Below, one piece after another: positions 33,001 to 44,933 of a stretch of DNA of 64,000 nt. Every line of letters begins with the position of its first letter. Positions within the stretch are counted from its first letter, which is position 1. The notes beneath the pieces were generated by a model that was given only the letters and a program-made list of their open reading frames with translations, did no database searches and was not told the origin of the DNA. The position numbers were made by a program, and so were the translations under genes. This DNA comes from Nemertoderma westbladi (lineage: Eukaryota > Animalia > Xenacoelomorpha): contig JAUCBJ010007487.1 of assembly GCA_032718475.1 (NCBI GenBank), forward strand, positions 1 through 64,000, given 5' to 3'.

Positions 33001-36000
33001 CTACAGTACAGGCCACCAGAAAAAGCAGATTTCATCCAATGTGATCCACATGTGAAAGCATTTGTTCAAGTCATCTAATTGGCAGGTCACTACATTATTT
33101 CAATGGCGAGTTATCTTCTAGATCAGCAGGAGGCTGACTTGCTGGGACCGACAAAGGCTTTGTGTGCAGTGCGCCTGTATGTCTGATATCAGGTAGATGA
33201 GAAAGCCCCCAGGGTGTAACATTGCGGACTTGGGCTGTATTGGTAGAGAGAGAACTACATACAAGACCACATGGAGGTTCATGGAGTGGATGGGTATATG
33301 GATGGAGGAGCCTAGACCATTGAATAATTAATTTAGTGCAGGGAGATGTCGCGCCATTAGTCTGACATCGAGAGGGCACAGAGAAAGACCAGAATATGCC
33401 TTAACATCACTAACTATAGGCCTGCCTACTAGACACTATTAACCGCAAACTATAAAGGTAAACAAAATCCTTATCGCATTTCCAGCTGCAGTGAGTGACA
33501 GTTCGCGGCAAACTACAGAGAGTTTCCAGATTACTAAGCGTTTCAAAAGTATTCAATTGTATCCTTTGGCGAAAAATTGTCCCGTTCAACAACATTACAT
33601 TACACTGCTACACATTTGATCAAATGTGTTCACAATTGTACAAATCTGCGTTTTCTGGTTGCCTGTACTGTAGTTGGAGAATAGCAGACAATCAGAACCC
33701 CTTAGGAAACTTCTTAGCCAGTCTTCCAGAACATGAGAAGCTTCTTCAGCTGCAGGCCATTTATTCTATATAATAAATACACCATGTCCCAGAACATTTT
33801 GTTTACGTATGAATAACAACAATACTACACCTTTAGAGAGTCTTTAGGGGTCACTTTAGAAATTTTTTAGATCTTCGCTCAATAATTACAATTTCCACGG
33901 TACAGTATAAGTGTTTTCGAGGTCGCTGATCACGATAAAACTTGTTAAACTTATTTCCTGCCAATGCAACAATAATTTTTGGTGCTATGTTGGTCCCCCA
34001 GGACGAAAAGTACAAGTAAAAAAATGTTGGACATCAAGAAAAAAAATCTTGGTTTTACCAACAAACCGGACTCAACGATACAGATAAATTACAAAAAATT
34101 TATAAAATGACCCCCACCCCCGGGCCAAACACGGTTAATACAACTCATAGTACTGGAATTAAGGGGGGGGGGGGGGGGGGTATACCCCCCCATGAACCTT
34201 TTTTTAAAATGACTGTCAATTAGTGTTAAATGATGATATTACTATTTTGTCATGGTCAACCACTGTATGGAAGGCCAAATAGCCTTTGTAGTAAAATTTG
34301 AAAATTGATAGCCTCCCCCTAGCGGCTGGCGGCAGAATTAAATATTTCACTAAAATTGCTACTAGTCATTCAGTTTTGGTCCAAATTTCTTGAAACCAAC
34401 TTTTTTGGACTCAACGTGATCTGTTCGCGCTTTTAGACATTTAACAGTCTATTAAAACAAACATGTCTATTAATACCTGACAGCCCGTACAAATGAACAC
34501 AGCCAAAGCCACTCTAGCGCGGCGTATGACCCACCGGAGGTGGGAGACAGGATTCGATGGCAGAGAGAGCCGTAGGACACTTTGTATTATTCGATTGATC
34601 TTTACTATATAATCTCCAAAAACTATGCTTACTCTCAGTTAAATACTAACAGTTCCTTTTAGGTGCTGCGCTCTAAATACTACGCTGATATTAAATTATA
34701 TTATTACTTATATTAAATACAACGGGCGGACATGAGACAACGCAAATATTTACATCCTTTACGGATGTATTATTAATCGTGTACACTCACACTGCTGACA
34801 ATAGTACTGAAACACGCTTATTTGCTGATGGTCACCAATTTTCTCGCATATAGGAAGAACTTAACTCACGTACGTTGGGGACTATGAAACATCATAAACT
34901 CATACAAACCACTGTTATTTGAGCTTGGCAATTGTGAATAGTAAACCCCTCCGCTTACCTAAATAAATCATGAAAACCAAGAGATCTACCGGTTATTCGT
35001 AATTATTCTCCAACTATTGACATTAATCGATATGTTACAAATTACAACAGATAATAACAGCATAAAACAGTATAAAATGCGGTGTTGCGGCAATATTAAC
35101 AGTCAGACGTCAGATAGTCGGGATGTGTTGCAGTATGCAAGGTATGCATGTATAAAAACGTGAGTGCCAAGGTAATAGATTTGAGTTCTATGCCTCTCTA
35201 GCCGCTGGTGTTTCTGGGCGCAAAGTCAGGAAGTGTCTAACCACTCACACTGAGGGTTTGCAAGAATATTCTTGCCTCAAGTAGTCGACAAGGCAAGAAT
35301 CACATCGAACGCTGTAGAACGTATGGAATCAGCAAGAACTTCCAATCAGGGACCAGTAACCATGCCATCAACCCGTAACCAATGGATCCGGTAATTCAGG
35401 ATATGGGGGGACGTAGGGGGGGGTTATACTGATTGGACGGTGAATAACATAGAAGGATGGAAACAAAGATAATAGTGTCCAATGGCTGGTGATTTCGTAA
35501 TCTTAGCAGCTGGGTTTCTGTAGGAATACACGGGAAAGAGCTATACTTAGAATAAACGGGGGAGGAAGTAAGTTTACATTAGTTCATAAAATACAAAGTT
35601 CTTAAAAGAGTCTTTCAAGGGTTTAGAGTAACCAGCGCATTGTGAAAAAAGGGAACATTTTAGCCGCAAAAGCTTTAACATGATCTACTCTACAAAAGTT
35701 ATCTTATATAATTTTTTATTAGCCATTTTTATTTTTATTTTAATTAATTAATTAAATTAATTAATTATAATATTTATAATTAAAACTGGCTAATTAGAAA
35801 AAATGGTAATATTTATCAAAATTCCATAAGATAACTTTTAAAGAGATTCCAAAGCTCGTTCGAATGAGCCATAAACGAAGAAAATTGGTTAAAAAATGAC
35901 GGAGGAGTAGTAATTTGAAAATGAAAAATGTCATTCCGAGAAAATGCCCTTCAAAGTTTAAACCGTCCCGCCAAAATTTGCTGTCTGTGTTCTGGTTGGT

Positions 36001-36724
36001 TAATTATTTCTGGCACGAAGGATGCACACCAACGAGCTAAAATGTTCATTACTGGGGTTTTCGGGGTCGCTGATTACATTTCCGATGTCAGTTTTAATTT
36101 TTGGTGGAATCTAGTCTATCTGTCTGTCTGTCTGTCAGTCTTCTGCCTTTCTTACAATTTGACGGACAGACCGTCATACGGAAAAACAGTGATAACTCGA
36201 GAACTGAAAGAGGTCTCACTAAGCTGTTTTCAGATTGGGAATCATCATTAAATTCTGCTCTAGACGAAATAAAGAAACAAGAATTTGAAAATTTTACCTG
36301 AATTTACTTTTACCCGATATTAATTTTCCTTGGTAAATGTGTATTCGTTGGGAAGATAATTAAATAATCCACATGGGCCAGTTATTAATTGGTTATAAAT
36401 TCCACTAAGAACCAACAAACAACGTGATTTATAAATATTAATTAATAGGCGTTTAAGATTAATGAAACGCATTGCACTAACATTCCTTTAGAATTAACAG
36501 GTTACCAAGAAGTAACTAACGGATTAAGTGGTAGGCATTCACAAGCGGCAGCATAGTGTAAAGATGATAGAAAAAATAAAGTATTGAGGGTCTTTAGCTG
36601 GTTATATTATATTAGATAAAGATACAATAGTACCGAAAGTACGAAGAAGTAACTACCAATTCTAATATTATTATCACAAATAAAGTAGCAGAAAGCTTCT
36701 GGAGCATTTGGTTTCCTATATAAG

Positions 36725-36975
36725 TTTCTGAATTACATATTACTGTTAGTTCTGAATTACATATTACGCTTTCTGAATTACATGTAAACGCTTTCTGAAT
36801 TACATGTAAACGCTTTCTGAATTACATGTAAACGCTTTCTGAATTACATGTAAACGCTTTCTGAATTACATATTACGGTTCTGAATTACATATTACGCTT
36901 TCTGAAATACATATTACAGTTCTGAATTTCATATTACGCTTTCTGATTTTCATATTACGCTTTCTGAATTACATC
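36725..36975. repeat. 22-bp tandem minisatellite TTCTGAATTACATGTAAACGCT / TTCTGAATTACATATTACGCT
   Basis: ~11 copies visible. Confidence 0.9.
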
Positions 36976-37184
36976 TTGAAAAGGTGTAGTATTATTATAT
37001 AGCATGGCGTTCTATAAGTAATATTCATTACTAAAATTTAATATTTGCCTCACGGAATTGTAATTTATAGAAATTTTAATACAAATACAAGAAACATTTG
37101 AATTTGATCACAGCTAATTTCACACCAAATCAGGTACCTGAATTACGACATTACCGTAGGCCTATGTGTTTAATATAGGCCTAC

Positions 37185-37610
37185 TACTACTGTACTACTA
37201 TTGGCATGTTGCATTGCAGCCGCATTTATATATATTAATAATGCAGTGCCACCACAACTCCCTATCACCCATGACATTTGCTAGATCATCCGCATCTTCA
37301 AGGCCAGTGTCCTTTAAGATGCGTCTCAAGAAAGTCTCGGGCTGTCCACCATGCTTATTCACTCCATGTGGCCGCCAAAGCACAATATTAAGCATTAGCA
37401 CTGGCTGATCCTCATGGTGTAAGCCATGTCCTGCAAAGCGGAGGCCGCACCGTTCAAATGTCAAACTAGGGGAGACTAATGAAACACCTCATATGTTGTA
37501 TAGAGTCTGATTGGCGATGTCTGTCTGCATTGTACTTGACACAATGAACCCAGCGTAGCATTCTTGTGAAAGTGCCATCCAGGGATTGGTATCCTCCCAG
37601 TTAGAACACA
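37185..37610 (-). mobile_element. RTE-like LINE 3' fragment
   Basis: LRFAGHGLHHEDQPV...PETFLRRILKDTGLEDADDLANVMGDRELW and a (TAG)n tail. Confidence 0.8.
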
Positions 37611-37759
37611 ACTTGAACTCATGTTGTTTAATCATACTTTTAATAATTAATTGCATTCCTAGTATCAGTCGTGTACGTCCACGTTAATTACCACCATACG
37701 TGTATTGTATTAAATTAATATAGACACACAGGTTAGATATGATTTCATGGCATACTTAC

Positions 37760-37906
37760 TTGCTGCATCCAAAAACGCTTGATACAATTCGTAGGTCAAT
37801 AAGGGTACAGGAAGGTGATTCAGGTAAAATTTCATTGAAGAGGCTAATACTTTGTAGTGTGGTAAATCATTGTCCTCCCAATTAAATTTGTCGGGTTTTT
37901 CGGTGT
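37760..37906 (-). CDS. GRAF-like RhoGAP gene 2, second RhoGAP exon (not in the ORF track)
   Basis: ttttttctag|AC...GCAA|gtaagt; 147 nt, phase 1-1; DTEKPDKFNWEDNDLPHYKVLASSMKFYLNHLPVPLLTYELYQAFLDAA fits RhoGAP ASxLKxYLxxLPxPLLT. Confidence 0.9.
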
Positions 37907-39388
37907 CTAGAAAAAAAATGTTTGAAGTGATAATATTTAGCTGATATGATTAGATGTACTGTAACTACAGTAAAAGGATGGAGGATACGATACAATAGGG
38001 TTGGTGCGCGAAAAAATTGTTGGGCTAGAAACAATCGAATAAGGGGTATCAAGGTGCTTTGAATCGAGTGGCGGGGTGTGTTTTTGTAAAAACACGAGGA
38101 AACGGTCGAAATGGCGGGTTTAAGTAAATAAGGGAAGCCCATTTTGAAAATCGGCTGTGATTGGCTGCTACATATTTGAAGTCATTACGCAGTGATGTGA
38201 TAAATTATTTATCTTGTTTTCTATTGAGAGAGATCAATTCAAATACACATTAAATCTAAATCACTATCTAAATCTGTATGTGGCTCAATGCCATTTCTTT
38301 TTGTTTCGCCTGCCCTGTGAAAAAATCCTGGATCCGCCCCTGAAATCACTTCACACGTGGCTTATATCAATTGAAAGCGGGGCTTGCGCATCTCTTGACA
38401 CAACAATTAATTAAATTTATGATGAGGAACATTAATAAATAGATGTATTCCGATGCATTTCCAGCAGCAATACCGGTACTTCTTTCCAATCTGAATTGAT
38501 TACGGTAGATTAGATTTAAAATAACACTAAACTTGTAATACCGGTCAGCCGGTACTACTGTATAAGTGTATAATACAGTAATAATGCAGTAGGCTACTTG
38601 AATATTAAAAATGTGTACTGGTCACCGGTAAACCCTACTTACTGTGATGAAGTAAATCTGCAATACTCAGATTTAATACGAGTGGCATTATTGATCGTTT
38701 TAAATGATTTTTGTCATGCTGAATTATTTCGATTGATATTATTGGTCGATTTAAATAATGTATCAAAACTGCATTATTTTGCTTAATTTTATTGGTTGAT
38801 TTAAAACATGTCTGTTTAATTATTTTGCTTGAAATTATAGCTCGATGTAAATGAGACAGCTGAATTATTTCACCCGAGAATTAGAGGTCATATTAATAGA
38901 TCAGCTGGTATCCAGATGATCTCTTGATGATTCACTTCGGCAGTTATATTTCGGTACCTATTTTTTTAAAATAATTTTACCTATTTTTTTCAAATTATTT
39001 TTTTTACCTATTAATATTTCGACATCCAGAATGTCAGAATGTCAACTAACACTACTAGCAGACTGGCAGAGAAAACCGGAGTTTATTATAAAGGGTTTAA
39101 CATAAAGGAGCAGGTTATAGTGGTAGCCAGAAGGAACCATAACAATACACGAGTAGAATACATACAGTACAGATTAGAATTACAGTACCGGAACCTAACT
39201 ATTGCAGTACGCCTTGTGCACGGCAGCACGGTAACTGCATAAAAATAGGTAAAATGATTAAAATAAACAGGTAAAAAAAAATAATAAAAAATATGTAAAA
39301 AAAATAGAAATAATAGGTTAAAAAAAATAATAAAAAAATAGGTACTAAAAAATATATGCGATTCACTTCTATGCTTCATTATCGTATC

Positions 39389-41495
39389 GGTACCACTGTA
39401 CCACTTACCGTACCGGTACCACTGTACCACTTACCGTACCGGTACCACTGTACCACTTACCGTACCGGTACCACTGTACCACTTACCGTACCGGTACCAC
39501 TGTACCACTTACCGTACCGGTACCACTGTACCACTTACCATACCGGTACCACTGTACCACTTACCGTACCGGTACCACTGTACCACTTACCGTACCGGTA
39601 CCACTGTACCACTTACCGTACCGGTACCACTGTACCACTTACCGTACCGGTACCACTGTACCACTTACCGTACCGGTACCACTGTACCACTTACCGTACC
39701 GGTACCACTGTACGACTTACAGTACCGGTACCACTGTACCACTTACCGTACCGGTACCACTGTACCACTTACCGTACCGGTACCACTGTACCACTTACCG
39801 TACCGGTACCACTGTACCACTTACCGTACCGGTACCACTGTACCACTTACCGTACCGGTACCACTGTACCACTTAACGCACCGGTACCATTGTACCACTT
39901 ACCGTACCGGTACCACTGTACCACTTACCGTACCGGTACCACTGTACCACTTACCGTACCGGTACCACTGTATCACTTACCGTACCGGTACCTCTGTACC
40001 ACTTACCGTACCGGTACCACTGTACCACTTACCGTACCACTGTACCACTTACCGTACCGGTACCACTATACCACTTATCGTACCGGTACCACTGTATCAC
40101 TTACCGTACCGGTACCACTGTACCACCTACCACTGTATCACTTACCGTACCGGTACCTCTGTACCACTTACCGTACCGGTACCACTGTACCACTTACCGT
40201 ACCGGTACCACTGTACCACTTACCGTACCGGTACCACTGTACCACTTACCGTATCGGTACCACTGTACCACTTACCGTACCGGTACCACTGTACCACTTA
40301 CCGTACCGGTACCACTGTACCACTTACCGTACCGGTACCACTGTACCACGTACCGTACCGGTACCACTGTACCACTTACCGTACCGGTACCACTGTACCA
40401 CTTACCGTACCGGTACCACTGTACCACTTACCGTACAGGTACCACTTACCGTACCGGTACCACTGTACCACTTACCGTAGCGGTACCACTGTACCACTTA
40501 CCGTAGCGGTACCACTTACCGTACCGGTACCACTGTACCACTTACCGTACCGGTACCACTGTACCACTTACCGTACCGGTACCACTGTACCACTTACCGT
40601 ACCGGTACCACTGTACCACTTACCGTACCGGTACCACTTACCGTACAGGTACCACTTACCGTACCGGTACCACTGTACCACTTACCGTACCGGTACCACT
40701 GTACCACTTACCGTACCGGTACCACTGTACCACTTACCGTACAGGTACCATTTACCGTACCGGTACCACTGTACCACTTACCGTACAGGTACCACTTACC
40801 GTACCGGTACCACTGTACCACTTACCGTACCGGTACCACTTACCGTACCGGTACCACTGTACCACTTACTGTACCGGTACCACTGTACCACTTACCGTAC
40901 CGGTACCACTTACCGCACCGGTACCACTGTACCACTTACCGTACCGGTACCACTGTACCACTTACCGTACCGGTACCACTGTACCACTTACCGTACCGGT
41001 ACCACTTACCGTACCGGTACCACTGTACCACTTACCGTACCGGTACCACTGTACCACTTATCGTATCGGTACCACTGTACCACTTACCGTACCGGTACCA
41101 CTGTACCACTTACCGTACCGGTACCACTGTACCACTTACCGTATCGGTACCACTGTACCACTTACTGTACCGGTACCACTTACCGTATCGGTACCACTTT
41201 ACCACTTACCGTACCGGTACCACTTACCGTTCCGGTACCACTGTACCACTTACCGTACCGGTACCACTGTACCACTTACCGTACCGGTACCACTGTACCA
41301 CTTAACGTACAGGTACCACTTACCGTACCGGTACCACTGTACCACTTACCGTAGCGGTACCACTGTACCACTTACCATACCGGTACCACTGTACCACTTA
41401 CCGTACCGGTACCACTGTACCACTTACCATACCGGTACCACTGTACCACTTACCGTACCGGTACCACTGTATCACTTACCGTACCGGTACCTCTG
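39389..41495. repeat. 26-bp tandem satellite GGTACCACTGTACCACTTACCGTACC (~80 copies)
   Basis: Homogeneous array with occasional 18-bp deletion units; ends at the first base of element B's 5' LTR. Confidence 0.97.
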
Positions 41496-42681
41496 TGTAA
41501 ACGCTTTTGTGGGATAACTGATTCGTTTGCCTTGTTGGCCAGTTCCCCCCCGGTCGCTAGATCTATAGCTAAAAATAGTGCAAGCTACCAGCTTATTGGC
41601 TGATTTGCTGTACGCAGGTATCTGGGCTCTGTTTAATCGGCCAACCAGCCTAGGGAGGTTGCGTCATAGCCTTGTTTCGTATCTCCCAATAGAATTTGAG
41701 TTAGCCTTGATTTTGACCTATCACAGAGCTACTGAACTGAAATTTTCCTATCTCACTGCTCTTTCTCTGTGTTGAACGGGAGCTTCGTGGAATAAGGGTA
41801 GTTGGTATCCTCGTATAGAGTAGTAGTCACGAGTTTTCAAAGCCACGAAAGAACGGCTTTATAGTGTTTTGTGCTTTTCTGCCTTTTAGCTCAACACTAG
41901 TAGGTTTAATTATAAGGACATATATCCTTTAACTGACATACCGACCAAACTCTGTGAATATCACTCTGCTGAAACATTGCAAACTCATAACAATCAGTGT
42001 TCAGTTGTTGTTTTATACTGCTATTTACTGTCAGTTCTTCATAATATGGTTGATGAATAATTATATTTGGAATAACGATAAATAACCCCGAAACCCAATA
42101 TTCTTGATATACCGAAGGTAAGAGAGAAAGGTTACAGATAAACGATTGTGACTTATGTTAAAGTGGTTTGAAGTGAATCTAATGTTATTTGATAGACCCT
42201 ACATGAGTCAGTCTGTGTTCCTTTTATATGTGACTAAAATCAGTGAAGATCGGCAGATTAGTGTGCAGTATTGTGCAGCATTGTGTATGAGTGAGTCTGT
42301 TAAAGAAGCATTTCCTAAAGAATGCGCCATATATGTGAATTATAATTAAGCCATATCGTTGTGAGTAGTTTAAGTCATAACTCTGTTTATATAAATAAAG
42401 CGCCACGTCCTAAAGGAACTGTTAATATTCCCGAAGGTGAATAATATTGTCAGAGATTATATAATACTGTCAGTCGAATAATACATTAGGCTTACATAGC
42501 AATAAAATTAAACCGTCGAACCCAATCTCCCGGGAATATCCAGCGGGTGAATGATCGCGCACAGATTGGTTTCGACTAGTGTAGTGAATCAAATACTTGT
42601 CATAGGCTAAAAAGCGATTTAATATCTAGAAGACATCTTAATTTGGCGGGTTAAACTGCCAAAGGTCTGAAAGCGCGAACA
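41496..42681 (+). repeat. Element B 5' LTR (1186 bp)
   Basis: From ~42010 onward closely matches 58170-58842; AATAAA at ~42394 and ~42501; donor-like GAAG|GTAAGA at ~42117. Confidence 0.9.
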
Positions 42682-42693
42682 TTAAAGGATATA
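42682..42693 (+). promoter_or_regulatory. Element B non-tRNA primer binding site (TTAAAGGATATA), complementary to LTR 41921-41932
   Basis: No TGG after the LTR; exact reverse complement TATATCCTTTAA at 41921-41932. Confidence 0.75.
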
Positions 42694-44933
42694 GCTTCTT
42701 TATTGCAGTAAGCAATAAAGTTGAAAGTACCGGTCAACCGGTAAACCTGAACGGTACTTCAGTAGGTCAGTAGGCCCAACCGCCAGAACCGGTACTGCCG
42801 TAGGTCAGTAGGCCCAACTGCCAGAACCGGTACTTCTGTAGGTCTGTAGGCCTAACTGTCCTAACCGGTACTTCAGTATAAGTACACTAGTATTATTCGA
42901 TTTGATTGTTGTATACCGGTAGGCTGTTTAAGGGATTAGGGATTGATCACCCCTTATTCCTTTATATGGTTTACTTATTTCTGTCAAGTTTTATTTGTTT
43001 GTAGGCCAGTATTGATCAGAAGGCGTGTAAACCTGATCAGATTGTACAGACGATTTGTAGGCTGAGCTGTTGTCTGATTGCTGTTAGGTCCGAACGGATT
43101 GCAGTGTGTGTAGATCACCTGTCCGATTAAGTACGGTTAGGAAGTAGGGGCAGCGAATGCTGTAAGGTAAACCCCCAACTAAAGAATAAGTCGTACTACT
43201 GGGTTAGAACGCATACTCCCTAATCATTTCGGAGTCTGCATGTCCTGTAGTTTATTTAGGCTTGAGAGTAGTCTGCCATCGTTGAGTCTGTACTTTGTTT
43301 GTGTAAGTCTGTACGGGTAGCGTATAATATTTATTTAGATAATTTGTAGGCTGGATAGTTGTCTGGCTGTTATTGGGTCTGAACGGATTGCAGCGTGTGT
43401 AGATCACTTGTCCGATAAAGAACGGTTAGGAAGTAGGGGCAGCGAATGCTGTAAGGTAAACCCCCAACTAAAGAATAAGTCGTACTACTGGGTTAGAACG
43501 CATACTACCTAATTATTTCGGAGTCTGCATGTCCTGTAGTTTATTTAGGCTTGATAGTAGTCTGTCAGTGTTTGGTCTGCATTTTGTTTGAGTAGTTTGT
43601 ACGCGTAGCGTAATATTTATTATTCAGAGTTTATGCGATTATTCGCAACATTCATATCCCCAAGTTTGTTCCTACAATAATTGTGTTTGTTATACATACC
43701 GCTATAGTTAAATTAACCCTGGTACTACACGGGCTGCTTGGTGTAGGTAAAGACTGGTGATTTTGTGCACCGGTCACTCCAGCAGATGCCGTGGTTCTTT
43801 TAGCTGTTCAAGTATATTTAACTACTGATTATATGTTGTACAAGTACTCGTACCTAATTTAGGGTTTAGTGTACAGTGCTTTCCGAAAGTAATTAGTGTA
43901 GGCATTATATTTGTGTTGTAAAGTGGTTAATAGGCACGTTCGATTAGCTCTATTAACTTCTAGGTAGGAACACTCCGTGATACATAACGTAGAACCTATA
44001 GCGATACGGCTATAGGTCGTCAGGCGGTGGTATTTTTCTATCTGGACAACGCAGTGTATTTACTACTACTTATTATTTCAAATACCGCAGTACCCTGTCC
44101 GTTGTAATTACCAGATTTCTAACCCTTTGTTAGGCTGGTTTGTAGACTTCTTGTAAAATTACCCTAAAAATTCGTATTTTGTGTTTTTTGTAAATTTTTG
44201 TGTTTATTTAGAGATTGTAATCTCACCCGAATTGTACGTAATTTGTAGTATTAAGTAACTTAGGTAAATTAGCATTATTTGTTTTAGTGTCCTATAAGTA
44301 ACACTTCACTGAAAGCGTACCGCTTTGTGTAGTGATTACCCCAGAAATAATAACATTTATTTCAAACCTTGACTAAACCCATTAAAACGGGTATATATAT
44401 ATTATAAATCAAATCTAACGATTTATAAATAGTAGGCCTACCATATAACAATTAGGTCTCAATATCAGTTGGACTACTGCCCAAATAGCGGTAATAAAGT
44501 AAGTGGAGTAACCAAGTAACCCTTAAGGTTCAGAAATTCAATTATTTGAAATAATTGATATACCGGTATTTACGATAGGCCTATTATCTTTATTTCTGTA
44601 AATTTTAGGCTTAAATTATACCGGTACTTGTAATTAATTCTAGTCCAGAATTATATATACTATAAACTGTAAGCTGTATACCGGTATTCCCGATAGGCCT
44701 ATTATATATTCATATATACTTGTGCTAAAATTATACCGGTATTCTGCGATAAACCTAGTCTGTAATAATACTTATATATACTATAAGCATACCGGTATTA
44801 TAATATATTATATATACCACGCTGCATTGAGTAGCAGTATCGGTAGTTAATTACTAGGCTAGTAGTTAATACTGAATTACTAGACTTGCTTAGACTGTAA
44901 TATAGCAGTAGGCATTCAACTGTACATACAAAT

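Noticed and set aside
39356-40480. 374-aa repetitive ORF (VPLYHLPYRYHCTTYRTGTT...)
   Set aside because: It is the translation of the stop-free 26-bp satellite cycling through three frames.
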